NCBI GenBank assembly: GCA_964016885.1
Contig: OZ024741.1
Coordinates: forward strand, 302,188,001-302,252,000
DNA: 64,000 nucleotides
Direction of reading: 5' to 3'
Source of the DNA: Eledone cirrhosa
Taxonomy: Eukaryota
In this document: positions 30,222-44,305 of the stretch, in pieces
How the letters are laid out: each line of letters opens with the position of its first letter
How positions within the stretch are numbered: position 1 is the stretch's first letter
Position numbers and translations under genes: made by a program
Notes under the pieces: generated by a model
The model's input: the letters and a program-made list of their open reading frames with translations, nothing else
Told to the model about the DNA's origin: nothing
Database searches by the model: none

Positions 30222-33200
30222 ATCATCATCATCATCATCAACGTTTAACGTCCGTGTTCCACGCTTGCATGGGTTTGGACGGGGGTAGTCCCACTTGAGG
30301 CAAGAGTGATTGTCTTGCTCGCATAGGACTATCTGGCAGATTTTCTACAGTTGGATGCCCTTCCTAACACCAACCACATTTACAGTGTGGGTCTGGGAGG
30401 TTTTTACCGTGTTGCCTACACGGCCACATTACAGCGTTGACTGTGTGTTTTTTTGTCGTGACACCTACACGATCTCATTTGTTTCGGCCTGGATGGTGCG
30501 GCACCAACATAACTTTACATAGAACGGGGTGGTGGGACGGGGTGTATTTTGTTAGAGATGCCTACTGGCTGTAGTAGGTTTTACTATGTATTTAGGTAAG
30601 GTGGGTCTTCTCTGTTACTGAGTACTGCCAAAGGTCTCGGTTCAGTGACATTGTCTTGGTGAGGTGTAAGTGTGTGAGGTCGGAGTTTATCAATTCGTCC
30701 CAGGTTTTTGTAGGTCTGCCTATTCCGTGGCTACCGTCTATCTTTATTTCCCTGCACTTTGTTATACAGCTATCGACTTTCATGCGCAACACGTGTCCAT
30801 ACCAACGTAGCCTTCTCTCGAGTAAACAACATCTGATCCCTCTTATTTCTAATTTTTTCCTTAGTTCGTTTATGCTTTGCCGTTCACGTATATTACTGTT
30901 ACACATCCAGCGGAGCATGCAAGCTTCGTTCCTCTCTAGTCTGCGTATATCCTCTGCACACAATGCCCAGGTCTCACTGCCATGCAACATTGCTGTTCGT
31001 ATGCAGGCATCGTACAACCTGCCTTTCATTTTTAGGGAGAACCCTTTAGCAGCTAATAGTGGTATAAGCTCTCTGAACTTTTTCCAACCAGTTCTGACTC
31101 TAGCTACTGTACTTTCAGAGCAATCTCCCCCACTGCTGATTTTATCGCCCAGGTAACGGAAGCTGTCCACTATTTCTATAGAACCCTCTGCGCAATTGAA
31201 AGAGCTAGTATTTTGTGGGCACTTGCTGCTACTTATTGCACCAGAGCACCGGCCACATGTAAAATCTATGTTCTTAGTTAGCTTACCTGTGATCCCACTA
31301 CATCTTTTATGCACCCATACTTTGCATTTAGGACAAAAAATGGAGTTTCTACCTACGCCTTTCCTACACACTGAGCATGGCCATTTCCCAGATGGGACCG
31401 CCGCCTTATTTTCTTTCCTACAAACTAGAACTTTAGTCTTAGCAAGGTTAATCTTAAGTCCTTTTGATTCTAGGCCGTGCTTCCATGTTTGGAATTTCTT
31501 CTCTAGCTCGGCCATTGATTCCGCTATGAGTGTCAGGTCGTCTGCGTATAGGAGTTCCCATGGGCAGCCGGTCTTGAACTCCTCTGTTATAGCCTGAAGG
31601 GCAATAATAAATAGTAGGGGGCTGAGAATAGAGCCCTGATGGACGCCAACTTTTACGCTAAACTCTTCACTATATTCGTTGTTAATTCTAACCTTGCTGA
31701 CTGTTTCTTTATACATGGCTTGTATAGCCTTCACAAGCCATTCGTCAACGCCTAGTTTTCTAAGAGCCCACCAGATAATGGAGCGGGGGACTCTGTCGAA
31801 GGCTTTCTCCAACTCGACAAAAGCTAAGTAGAGGGGTTTACCTTTAGCTAGGTACTTCTCCTGTAGTTGTCGTACAATGAAAAGAGCATCTGTGGTACTT
31901 TTGCCTGACACAAACCCGAACTGCATTTCATCTAGGTCAATTCTCTCTCTGATTAGTTGCGCTATTACTTTTTCCGTGACCTTCATGACCTGGTCGATTA
32001 ATTTAATGTCTCTATAGTTACTCCTATCTAGGGCGTCTCCTTTACCCTTATAACAGTTAACGATGATGCTGCTATGCCAGTCCTTCGGAACAACCCCATT
32101 CTGTACGACTTGGTTAACTATGCGGGTGACCATGGTGTGTCCCACCGTGCCAGATGCCTTCAGCATCTCAGCAACTATTTCCGAAGGCCCAGCCGCCTTA
32201 CCCGTCTTCATATCCTTGATTGCCTTACTTATTATACTCCCCTCGACTAACACTGCTGGTCCCTCTATTGGGTCGATATGGGGGAGACTGTCTTTCTCCC
32301 ATTTATTCTCCTCATTTAGTAGCCTTTCATAGTGACCCTTCCAAGCTACCTTCTTATCAGCGTCGTTGATGGCAAGTATGCCATCATCGTTAAGTACACA
32401 CTTCTCCCCGACAATATCACGGTTTTCCTTGACGCATTGCCTAGCAATGCTGAACACCTCACGTTTTTGGTCCTCGCGTTGTAGAACATGCTTGAACTTT
32501 CTTTCCTCTGCTTCCCTTCTTGCTAAGTACACTTGTCTCCTAGCTTCCCTCCTGGCCACTTGATAGTCTTCTCTACTTCCCCCATCCCGCCATACTTTCC
32601 AAGCCTGCTCTTTGGCCTTAATTGACCCCTCCACCTTACTGTTCCACCACCATGTTACTCTCCTCCTGCCTACAGGCCTGCTCCAGCCACAGACTTCGTC
32701 TGTCGCCATCAGCAGGTTTGTTTTCAGAAATTCCCACTGTCCCTCTATATTGTCCGACTCTAAATGTTCTTCCTTACTGTCGAAAGCATCAAGTAATATG
32801 CTTTGAAATTTATTTCTGGCTGTGGGGTCCTTTAGCTTCCATATTTTTCTCCTGAGGATAGTCCTCTTCTGCTGTCGAGTACGTCTCGTCCTGACTATGA
32901 GGTCGCTAATTATCAGTCTATGTTGGGAGGTGCATTCTTCATGGGGGAGGGATTTAGTGTTTACAACAGACACTCTGTCACGTCTTCTGGTAAGGATATA
33001 ATCTACCTGGCTTGTGTGTTCCCCGGATCTATAGGTGATCAGGTGATTGTCACGTTTTTTGAAGTTAGTGTTACAGATAGTTAGGCTATTTGCATCACAG
33101 AATTCCAGGATTCTGGAGCCTTCCTCATTTCTAGTACCAAACCCATAGCCTCCATGGATTTCGTCGTAGCCGTCACAATGTTGTCCAACGTGACCATTTA

Positions 33201-33742
33201 GGTCGCCTGCAATAATTATATAGTCACTGTCGGATATTTTGGAGGTAGTTAGCATCAGTGTCTCATAGAATCTGTCTTTTATAGTGCCGGGCAGTCCGGA
33301 TTGGGGTGCGTATGCAGATATTACTGTCACCGTAGTTCTATTGAGGACAAGTCGTATTTTAATTATTCTGTCGTTCACTCTATTTACGTCTATTATCTTA
33401 TCTGCCCACTTTTCTGCTACCATGATTCCTACTCCACCCAGCCCATCGTCGTTTCCCACCCAGAAAAGCTTATAACATCGTTTTTTACCCTCAATGAATC
33501 TAGCAGACCCACCCCTCCACCTGGTCTCTTGGATACAACAAACATCGACCTCCTTACGTTCAAGCATTTCTACAACCTCGTTAGCGCGACCCTTTAGGGT
33601 GCCTACATTTACGGTACCAACTCTGAAGTTTTGGATTGCGTTTGGAGGGTGGGGACGGCGGGAGATGGGGTTATGTTAGCCGTCCGCGGTCGAAACAAAG
33701 AGGAGTGCTCGCATTCTCGTCCACGAGGTGAATTTGTCTTTA
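30222..33742 (-). mobile_element. RTE subfamily A copy, slightly 5'-truncated
   Basis: Highly similar to 10073-13603; (GAT)n tail. Confidence 0.95.
30592..33567 (-). CDS. RTE APE endonuclease-reverse transcriptase ORF (991 aa; frame open further upstream)
   Basis: Uninterrupted APE, RT (YADD), PHD-like finger and C-terminal RLRWYGHV; RT motif reads ELEKAFD instead of DLEKAFD, so activity is doubtful. Confidence 0.85.
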   Translation of the reverse strand: MLERKEVDVCCIQETRWRGGSARFIEGKKRCYKLFWVGNDDGLGGVGIMVAEKWADKIIDVNRVNDRIIKIRLVLNRTTVTVISAYAPQSGLPGTIKDRFYETLMLTTSKISDSDYIIIAGDLNGHVGQHCDGYDEIHGGYGFGTRNEEGSRILEFCDANSLTICNTNFKKRDNHLITYRSGEHTSQVDYILTRRRDRVSVVNTKSLPHEECTSQHRLIISDLIVRTRRTRQQKRTILRRKIWKLKDPTARNKFQSILLDAFDSKEEHLESDNIEGQWEFLKTNLLMATDEVCGWSRPVGRRRVTWWWNSKVEGSIKAKEQAWKVWRDGGSREDYQVARREARRQVYLARREAEERKFKHVLQREDQKREVFSIARQCVKENRDIVGEKCVLNDDGILAINDADKKVAWKGHYERLLNEENKWEKDSLPHIDPIEGPAVLVEGSIISKAIKDMKTGKAAGPSEIVAEMLKASGTVGHTMVTRIVNQVVQNGVVPKDWHSSIIVNCYKGKGDALDRSNYRDIKLIDQVMKVTEKVIAQLIRERIDLDEMQFGFVSGKSTTDALFIVRQLQEKYLAKGKPLYLAFVELEKAFDRVPRSIIWWALRKLGVDEWLVKAIQAMYKETVSKVRINNEYSEEFSVKVGVHQGSILSPLLFIIALQAITEEFKTGCPWELLYADDLTLIAESMAELEKKFQTWKHGLESKGLKINLAKTKVLVCRKENKAAVPSGKWPCSVCRKGVGRNSIFCPKCKVWVHKRCSGITGKLTKNIDFTCGRCSGAISSSKCPQNTSSFNCAEGSIEIVDSFRYLGDKISSGGDCSESTVARVRTGWKKFRELIPLLAAKGFSLKMKGRLYDACIRTAMLHGSETWALCAEDIRRLERNEACMLRWMCNSNIRERQSINELRKKLEIRGIRCCLLERRLRWYGHVLRMKVDSCITKCREIKIDGSHGIGRPTKTWDELINSDLTHLHLTKTMSLNRDLWQYSVTEKTHLT

Positions 33743-33838
33743 TATGTATGTATATATGTATGTATATGTATGTATGTATATATATATGTATGTATGTATA
33801 TGTATGTATATGTATGTATGTATATATATATATGTATG

Positions 33839-33887
<49 letters not shown>

Positions 33888-33935
33888 GTATGTATATGTA
33901 TGTATGTATATGTATGTATGTATGTATATATATGT

Positions 33936-34013
<78 letters not shown>

Positions 34014-34054
34014 GTATGTATGTATATATATATGTATGTATATATATATGTATG

Positions 34055-34085
<31 letters not shown>

Positions 34086-34154
34086 GTATATATATATATG
34101 TATATATATATATATGTATATATATATATGTATATATATATATGTATATATATG

Positions 34155-34192
<38 letters not shown>

Positions 34193-34210
34193 TATGTATA
34201 TATATATATG

Positions 34211-34245
<35 letters not shown>

Positions 34246-34426
34246 GTATATATATGTATGTATATATGTATATATATGTATGTGTATGTATATATGTATA
34301 TATATGTATGTATATATATATATGTATATATATATATGTATATATATGTATATATATATATATGTATATATATATATGTATATATATGTATATATATGTA
34401 TGTATATATATATATGTATATATATG

Positions 34427-34464
<38 letters not shown>

Positions 34465-34492
34465 TATGTATATATATATATGTATATATATG

Positions 34493-34656
<164 letters not shown>

Positions 34657-34660
34657 TATG

Positions 34661-34739
<79 letters not shown>

Positions 34740-34806
34740 GTATATATATATATGTATATATATATATGTATATATATGTATGTATATATATGTATATATA
34801 TATATG

Positions 34807-34851
<45 letters not shown>

Positions 34852-34862
34852 GTATATATATG

Positions 34863-34963
<101 letters not shown>

Positions 34964-34964
34964 G

Positions 34965-35023
<59 letters not shown>

Positions 35024-35029
35024 GTATAT

Positions 35030-35990
35030 ATAATAACTTTGAAATGTTTTGGCCAGTATTGGCCCAGGCCATGTCTAACTTAATAGCACCACCTGGCGAA
35101 GTCTTTCAATTCAGGATTTGGGCACCATGGCCCATTCGAGAAGAGAATTACTGTTTGCGGAGACATATCCGGGTGTGGGTGATTTGTCCGGGATTAGTTG
35201 GAGGAATTTGTCCAAAGACTTCTTGAATTTTGTGTGGTCAGTTTCTGTTTTGACGTGTCCTGGTGTGATGTTGAAGAGAGCAGGGCCGATTGAGGTGAAA
35301 TAATTGTGCCGTATTGTTGTTATGAGTTGCGATTTAGATTTTTGAATGGGACGGATAGCACGGGGCCCAAGCCTTGGGTGTATCTTGAAGGCGATGCCAA
35401 CATCATTTGGGCAGTGATGATGGAACATTTTCCACATCATGCAGATAATATAACGCTCACGGCGACGTTGGAGTGAGTAAAGTTTCAGGTTTTCTAATCG
35501 ACCCCAGTAGTCAAGGTCTGACATGCCATCTATCTTTTTCGTGATTGCCCTTTGAGGAGCTTCAAGTTTCATGATACTTTGTTTCGTGTGGGGAGACCAC
35601 AGTGGACAACAGTATTCAAGGTGTGGTCGGGCAAAAGTAGAGAAGAGAAGGATAATGGTGCGGGAATCTCTCGACTGGAAGGTTCTGAGGATCCAGGAAC
35701 ACATTCTGCGGGCCATGTCAACTTTGCTGCTTATATGCGTGGTCCAGCTTATGTTGCTGTCCACGGTTACTCCCAAGTCTCTGATGTTGTTAGATGCCAC
35801 GAGAGTTTCCCCGGAGGGAAGGGAGTACGGGAGTTTCAGAGCATCCTCTTTTCCAAAGTGGATCAGTTCGAATTTGTCTTCGTTCAGTAACATGTTGTTC
35901 TTTTCCGCCCATTGGGTAACAGCCAGTAGGTCTGACTGAAGGCTTATCCGGTCATCCACGCCATTGATGACCTTTTGGAGCTTGGAATCA
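35030..35990 (-). mobile_element. CR1-like LINE 3' fragment (second family)
   Basis: LQSDL..W...NMLLNEDK, RDLGV, RPHLEYCCPLWSP, LYSLQRRRERY; short (TTA) tail. Confidence 0.9.
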
Positions 35991-36043
35991 TGTATGTATA
36001 TATATGTATATATGTATGTATATATATATATATATGTATATAT

Positions 36044-38180
36044 GTTCAGGATTGCCAGGCAATGTGTCAAGGAAAACCGTGATATTGTCGGGGAGAAGTG
36101 TGTACTTAACGATGATGGCATACTTGCCATCACCGACGCTGATAAGAAGGTAGCTTGGAAGTGTCACTACGAAAGGCTTCTAAATGAGGAGAACAAATGG
36201 GAGAAAGACAGTCTCCCCCAGATCGATCCAATAGAGGGACCAGCAGTGTTAGTTGAAGGTAGTATAATAAGTAAGGCAATCAAAGATATGAAGACGGGTA
36301 AGGCGGCTGGGCCTTCGGAAATAGTTGCTGAGATGCTGAAGGCATCTGGTTCGGTGGGACACACCATGGTCACCCGGATAGTTAACCAAGTCGTACAGAA
36401 TGGGGTTGTTCCGAAGGAATGGCGTAGCAGCATCATCGTTAACTGCTATAAGGGAAAAGGAGATGCCCTAGATAGGAGTAACTATAGAGGCATTAAATTA
36501 ATCGACCAGGTCATGAAGGTCACGGAAAAAGTAATAGCGCAACTAATCAGAGAGAGAATTGATCTAGATGAAATGCAGTTCGGGTTTGTGTCAGGCAAAA
36601 GTACCACAGACGCTCTTTTCATTGTACGACAACTACAGGAGAAGTACCTAGCTAAAAGTAAACCCCTATACTTAGCTTTTGTCGACTTGGAGAAAGCCTT
36701 CGACAGAGTCCCCCGTTCCATTATCTGGTGGTCTCTTAGAAAACTAGGTGTTGACGAATGGCTTGTGAGAGCTATACAAGCCATGTATAAAGAAACAGTC
36801 AGTAAGGTTAGAATTAACAACGAATATAGTGAAGAGTTTAGCGTAAAAGTTGGTGTCCATCAGGGCTCTGTACTTAGCCCCCTACTATTTATTATTGCCC
36901 TTCAGGCTATAACAGAGGAGTTCAAGACCGGCTGCCCATGGGAACTCCTATACGCAGATGATCTAACGCTCATAGCTGAATCAATGACCGAACTAGAGAA
37001 GAAATTCCAAACGTGGAAGCACGGCCTAGAATCAAAAGGCCTTAAAATTAACCTGGCTAAGACTAAAGTTCTAGTTTGTAGGAAAGAAAATAAGGCGGCG
37101 GTCCCATCGGGGAAATGGCCATGCTCAGGCAGTGGGGGAGGGTGCTCTGAAAGTACAGTAGCTAGAGTCAGAACTGGATGGAAAAAGTTCAGAGAGCTTA
37201 TACCACTATTAGCCGCTAGAGGGTTCTCCCTAAAAATGAAAGGCAGGTTATACGATGCCTGCATACGAACAGCAATGCTGCATGGCAGTGAGACCTGGGC
37301 ATTGTGTGCAGAGGATATACGCAGACTAGAGAGGAACGAAGCTTGCATGCTCCGCTGGATGTGCAATAGTAATATACGTGAACGGCAAAGCATAAACGAA
37401 CTAAGGAAAAAATTAGAAATAAGAGGGATCAGATGTTGTTTACTCGAGAGAAGGCTACGTTGGTACGGTCACGTGATGCGCATGAAAGACGACAGCTGTA
37501 TAACAAAGTGCAGGGCAATAAAGATAGACGGTAGCCACGGAGTAGGCAGACCCAGAAAAACATGGGACGAGCTGATAAATTCCGACCTCACACGCTTACA
37601 CCTCTCCAAGACAATGTCACTGGACCAAGACCTTTGGCGGTACTCAGTAATAGAGAAGCCCCGCCTTACCTAAATACAAAGTAAAAACCTACTACAGTCA
37701 GTAGGCACCTCTATCAAAACACACCCCCGTCCCACCACCTCCACCCCACCCACACCGCCCCTTTCAATGCAAAGTTATGTTGGCCCCACAACATCCAGGC
37801 CGAAACAAATGAGATCGTGTAGGTGTCACGACAAAAAACACACAGTCCACGCTGTAAATGTGGCCGTGTAGGCAACACGGTAAAAACCTCCCAGCCCCAC
37901 ACTGTAAATGTGGTTGGTGTTAGGAAGGGCATCCAGCTGTAGAAAACCAGCCAGACAGTCCACGCTGTAATGTGGCCGTGTAGGCAACACGGTAAAAACC
38001 TCCCAGCCCCACACTGTAAATGTGGTTGGTGTTAGGAAGGGCATCCAACTGTAGAAAACCCGCCAGACAGTCCTATGCGAGCAAGACAACCACTCTTGCC
38101 TCAAGTGGGAAAACCCCCGTCCAAACCCATGCAAGCGTGGAACACGGACGCTAAACCTGATGATGATGATGATGATGATG
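36044..38180 (+). mobile_element. RTE subfamily A, 5'-truncated, with in-frame deletion and 3'UTR duplication
   Basis: RT ORF to 37673; WPCS fused to GSGGGCSE at ~37128; ~113-bp tandem duplication at 37842-38065; (GAT)n tail. Confidence 0.93.
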
Positions 38181-38248
38181 TATATATATATATATGTATA
38201 TATGTATATATGTATGTATATATATATGTATGTATATATATATGTATG

Positions 38249-38288
<40 letters not shown>

Positions 38289-38609
38289 TGTATATATATG
38301 TATATATATATGTATGTATATATATATGTATGTATATATATGTGTGTATATATATGTATATATATATGTATGTATATATATGTATATATATATGTATGTA
38401 TATATATGTATATATATATGTATGTATATATATGTATATATATATGTATGTATATATATATATATGTATGTATATATATATATATGTATGTATATATATA
38501 TATATATATGTATGTATATATATATATATATATGTATGTATATATATATATATATATGTATGTATATATATGTATATATATATGTATGTATACATATGTA
38601 TGTATATGT

Positions 38610-39027
38610 AATGTAGGAGGTGAGTTTTATTGTAGTACAATAAAGCAATGCAGATATCGGTTAAGAAGCACTCTACAGTTTGTAGGACTGGAGTATACAT
38701 AATATATAAGAACAAAAGATGGTTAAAAGAGTTCCATGTATTTTATTATGAGCATTTCAAAAACAAATATCATCATGCAATAATATTTGTGTTTTCATCA
38801 GATAAAACAGGAAGACATGATATGAAGGTTAAAAAACACTTGTGGATAGTTCAGTTTTAAATCAACATAAACTGAACTATCCACAAGTGTTTTTTAACCT
38901 TCATATCATGTCTTCCTGTTTTATCTGATGAAAACACAAATATTATTGCATGATGATATTTGTTTTTGAAATGCGCATAATAAAATACATGGAACTCTTT
39001 TAACCGTCTTTTGTTCTTATATATTAT
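38610..39027. mobile_element. Inverted twin of an HHR-bearing pLTR-like element
   Basis: Arms 38699-38857 and 38869-39027 are near-perfect inverted repeats; the left arm has ~85 bp extra; one HHR per arm. Confidence 0.85.
38919..38985 (+). ncRNA. Type I hammerhead ribozyme with long stem II (mirror copy on - at 38741-38807)
   Basis: TTTTAT-CTGATGA-AAACACAAATATTATT gcat GATGATATTTGTTTTT-GAAA-TGCGCA-TA^ATAAAA. Confidence 0.85.
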
Positions 39028-39127
39028 ATGTATGTATATATATATGTATGTATATATGTATGTATGTATGTATGTATATATGTATATATATGTATATATA
39101 TGTATGTATATGTGTATGTATATATGT

Positions 39128-39165
<38 letters not shown>

Positions 39166-39216
39166 GTATATATATATATATGTATATATGTATATATGTA
39201 TATATGTATATATGTA

Positions 39217-39249
<33 letters not shown>

Positions 39250-39266
39250 ATATGTATGTATATATG

Positions 39267-39329
<63 letters not shown>

Positions 39330-39467
39330 GTATATATATGTATGTATGTATATATATATGTATGTATGTATATATATATATATGTATGTATATATATATA
39401 TATGTATGTATATATATATATATGTATGTATATATATATGTATGTATGTATATATATATGTATGTAT

Positions 39468-39501
<34 letters not shown>

Positions 39502-39827
39502 GTATATATATGTATGTATGTATATATATATATGTATGTATATATATATATGTATGTATATATATATATGTATGTATATATATATATGTATGTATATATA
39601 TATATGTATGTATATATATATATGTATGTATATATATATATGTATGTATATATATATATGTATGTATATATATATATGTATGTATATATATATATGTATG
39701 TATATATATATATGTATGTATATATATATATGTATGTATATATATATATGTATGTATATATATATATGTATGTATATATATATATGTATGTATATATATA
39801 TATGTATGTATATATATATATGTATGT

Positions 39828-39861
<34 letters not shown>

Positions 39862-40017
39862 GTATATATATGTATGTATGTATATATATGTATGTATGTA
39901 TATATATGTATGTATGTATATATATGTATGTATGTATATATATGTATGTATGTATATATATGTATGTATGTATATATATATATGTATGTATATATATATA
40001 TGTATATATATGTATGT

Positions 40018-40090
<73 letters not shown>

Positions 40091-40260
40091 TATGTATATA
40101 TATGTATGTATATATATATGTATGTATATATATATATGTATGTATATATATATGTATGTATATATATATGTATATGTATATATATATATGTATGTATATG
40201 TATATATATATATGTATATGTATATATATATGTATGTATATATATATATATGTATATATA

Positions 40261-42581
40261 CAATATTAAATAAATGGAAACTATATTTATAAAACCATAT
40301 TTATTTCATTATATATATTTCAGGGATATCATATTAACAATATGCTATGCCTTCCTCAGACAAAATACAATATAAACAGTTTTATATATAAATAGATTCG
40401 ACATACCGTAACAACATCGACTTGTATTTGAAAAGGTTGATTTGGCAGTGAAAAAATTGTACACAGAGAGAAAGAAAGAGAGAAAAAAGGAAAGAAAGAC
40501 AGAAAACGAAGAAAAAGAAGAAAAAGAAGAAATGCATGGAACAAAATAGAGAGATGGAAAGATAGATAAAGAGAAGAACTTCATGTAAAGAAACAGAAAG
40601 ATATATATATATATATAGAGAGAGGAAATAGAGATAGATACATATATATAGAAAACTAGGTAGTGGGACGTCTGTTGAGTAAACGTATCAATGATACATT
40701 TATTTATTTATTTATCTCTAGTATTAATGTAAGGGAGATATATGGAGAGAAACCAGCTGTTATATAGAGAAAGAAAAAATTTAAAAATAGCCAGACATAT
40801 GCGAGGCGTAAAAAACCCTATGTTTTAATGTAGAGGTATTAGTATTTATAAAAACCAGCCACTATATTGTAAATATCAGTATTCCTGAATGAGACATGTA
40901 TCCATAATGTGTGAAAATTAATGATCTTATGTTTAGTTTTTAAAAAAAATTCATATGTTTATGTGATAACTACAAACATCTATGTGAATCTACATGATCA
41001 ACTCTGCAAACCCTAAGTTCACGGAAAACATTCCCAATGTGGTATAAAAATTTAAGTATACATATATGTGTATATATATACACACAAATATATATAGAGT
41101 CAATATTAGTATTCCTGTCTTTACTCTACAAGATTATCTATCAAGCAGAAATAGAGAGCAGATTTCAATATACTAATAAAAATATATATCCGAAACAAAA
41201 CTAAAAAATAACAATAATAATAATAAGTAATAATAAAATAGAAAACTAAAAAATATTACGAAAGAATATTACATATTAAAAATATTACATATTAAAAAAT
41301 TTACATATTAAAAATATTAAAAATAAAAAATATTAGAAAATACTACAATAATAAAAATAAAAATAAACCACAAAGATCAACCCTTCAAAATTAATTGACA
41401 ATATATTGCCAAGTTCATTATAAGCATCAGAGTCGAAAAACAGATAAAGCCAAAAATTATCTATCAAATCGCATCTAGCAAAGATCATTTCAGAAAGTTT
41501 AGGATGCCCAATTTGGTCTACATGTGTTCTTATATTTAATATAGAAGTTTATCTAGTGTAACGTTTATTCGAAATATTTGGAGCATCAACTTTTAGCGTA
41601 GCTTAATTTTTCATGAAGAATGTTTAAATAAAAATAAAATAAAAATAAAAAGAATAAAAAGAAGGAATCAAAAATTTATCGGCTAGTTTCCCAAATAATT
41701 ATAAATCAACCTAAATATACTACATTTTAAATTTAAATTTATATTTAAACGTTGAGTTTAATCTATGTTTGCAACAACTGAATAAATTTGTCCGTAGATT
41801 AAGGGAATTTTTAGATTTTAGTATAAAGAATATCTCCTCTGCGCAGAGGTCACATGTCTCAGAGGATGAATTAAAAGGAATCCCTCTTGAGACTATATTC
41901 CAAGCCGTCGAATATCTAACGTTATCTAGCTTAAGTTGCCAGAGTACACCTGATAGTGCCGTTGAAGATTTTTTGCTTGGATCTGTGAAAGAATTCTTGT
42001 GGTTATTATAGCGAAGTTTAAATTCCGTCGATGTGGAACCGACGTAGTTAAAAGAATTAGAGTCAGTATTAACATTACAATTGTATACTATATTTTTAAC
42101 TAAGCAGTTGTTATTTAACGGACATTTAGATCTATCTCTACAGTTACATTTGTTAACTTGTATATTATTTATGCTATTATCACTAGGTTTTAAGTTCCTA
42201 TTATTTATTCTATTAATATTTTGTGCTAAATTTTTGGTGGATGAGTAGGTTAATTTTATTGTATGTCTATTGAAAATTGAGTGATACCTATGTGTTCTAG
42301 GGAAGCGATTATCAAGAGCTTTAAAAAATAGTTTAGCGATGTGGGTTTTAATGTTTAGTGAGAAAGGGGGGGCAAACCAAATTATGTTCCTAGTTCTATT
42401 TCTTTTTTGGCCTTTGGAATTATTGTAATGCTTTCTATTATAGTTGTTAAGGTTGTTGCCGTAATTAAAAAAGTTGTTACTTTGTTTAGTTTGTCTATCA
42501 TTATCTATGTACACAAACTTATCAGCATATCCTGCTCCAGCTAATGCTTCATTGTAGTATTGGGCTTTTTCGTCGAAAAAT
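40261..42581 (-). mobile_element. Penelope-like retroelement (Naiad-type), 5'-truncated, long AT-rich 3' region
   Basis: GIY-YIG ORF plus ~1.45 kb downstream sequence, bounded by TA microsatellites. Confidence 0.8.
41720..42580 (-). CDS. PLE RT-thumb end, Zn-finger linker and GIY-YIG endonuclease (N-terminally truncated)
   Basis: [24 protein letters not shown]...CPLNNNC, NIVY...[23 protein letters not shown]...CKH; frame open to the microsatellite junction. Confidence 0.85.
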   Translation of the reverse strand, partial: FFDEKAQYYNEALAGAGYADKFVYIDNDRQTKQSNNFFNYGNNLNNYNRKHYNNSKGQKRNRTRNIIWFAPPFSLNIKTHIAKLFFKALDNRFPRTHRYHSIFNRHTIKLTYSSTKNLAQNINRINNRNLKPSDNSINNIQVNKCNCRDRSKCPLNNNCLVKNIVYNCNVNTDSNSFNYVGSTSTEFKLRYNNHKNSFTDPSKKSSTALSGVLWQLKLDNVRYSTAWNIVSRGIPFNSSSETCDLCAEEIFFILKSKNSLNLRTNLFSCCKHRLNSTFKYKFKFKM

Positions 42582-42604
42582 ATGTATATATATGTATATA
42601 TGTA

Positions 42605-42653
<49 letters not shown>

Positions 42654-42950
42654 GTATGTATATATATGTATATATATATATATGTATGTATATATATGTA
42701 TATATATATATATGTATGTATATATATGTATATGTGTATGTATATGTATATATGTATATATATATATGTGTCTGTGTATATATATATGTATATATATGTA
42801 TATATGTATATATATGTGTATGTATATGTATATATATGTATATATGTATATATATGTATATATATATATATGTATATATATGTATATATATATATATATG
42901 TATATATATGTGTATGTATATGTATATATGTATATATATATGTATATATG

Positions 42951-42981
<31 letters not shown>

Positions 42982-43032
42982 GTATATATATGTGTATGTA
43001 TATGTATATATGTATATATATATGTATATATG

Positions 43033-43077
<45 letters not shown>

Positions 43078-43264
43078 GTATATATATATATATGTATATA
43101 TATATGTATGTATATATATATGTATGTATATATATATGTATGTATGTATATATATATGTATATATATATATATGTATATATATATATGTGTGTATATATA
43201 TATATGTGTATATATATATATATGTATATATATATATGTATATATATATATATGTATATATATG

Positions 43265-43295
<31 letters not shown>

Positions 43296-43336
43296 GTATA
43301 TATATGTATATATATATATATGTATATATATATATG

Positions 43337-43415
<79 letters not shown>

Positions 43416-43498
43416 GTATATATATATATGTATATATATATATGTATATATATATATGTATATATATATATATGTATATATATATATGTATATATATG

Positions 43499-43531
<33 letters not shown>

Positions 43532-43560
43532 GTATATATATATGTATATATATGTATATG

Positions 43561-43605
<45 letters not shown>

Positions 43606-43611
43606 GTATAT

Positions 43612-43667
<56 letters not shown>

Positions 43668-43681
43668 GTATATGTATATAT

Positions 43682-43727
<46 letters not shown>

Positions 43728-43765
43728 GTATATGTATATGTATATATATATATGTATATGTATAT

Positions 43766-43873
<108 letters not shown>

Positions 43874-43876
43874 GTG

Positions 43877-43909
<33 letters not shown>

Positions 43910-43978
43910 GTATATATATATATATGTATATATATGTATATATATATGTGTATATATATATATATGTATATATATATG

Positions 43979-44063
<85 letters not shown>

Positions 44064-44106
44064 GTATATATATATATGTATATATATATATGTATATATA
44101 TATATG

Positions 44107-44153
<47 letters not shown>

Positions 44154-44210
44154 GTATATATATATATGTATATATATATATGTATATATATATATGTATA
44201 TATATATATG

Positions 44211-44257
<47 letters not shown>

Positions 44258-44274
44258 GTATATATGTATATATG

Positions 44275-44305
<31 letters not shown>

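Noticed and set aside
40300-40330. Possible HHR at the 3' end of the PLE (CTGAAAT...GAAA on -)
   Set aside because: The core is not CUGANGA and there is no convincing stem I.
41720-42580. Selenocysteine-encoding PLE endonuclease
   Set aside because: No in-frame TGA in the visible ORF; the cysteine positions use normal codons.
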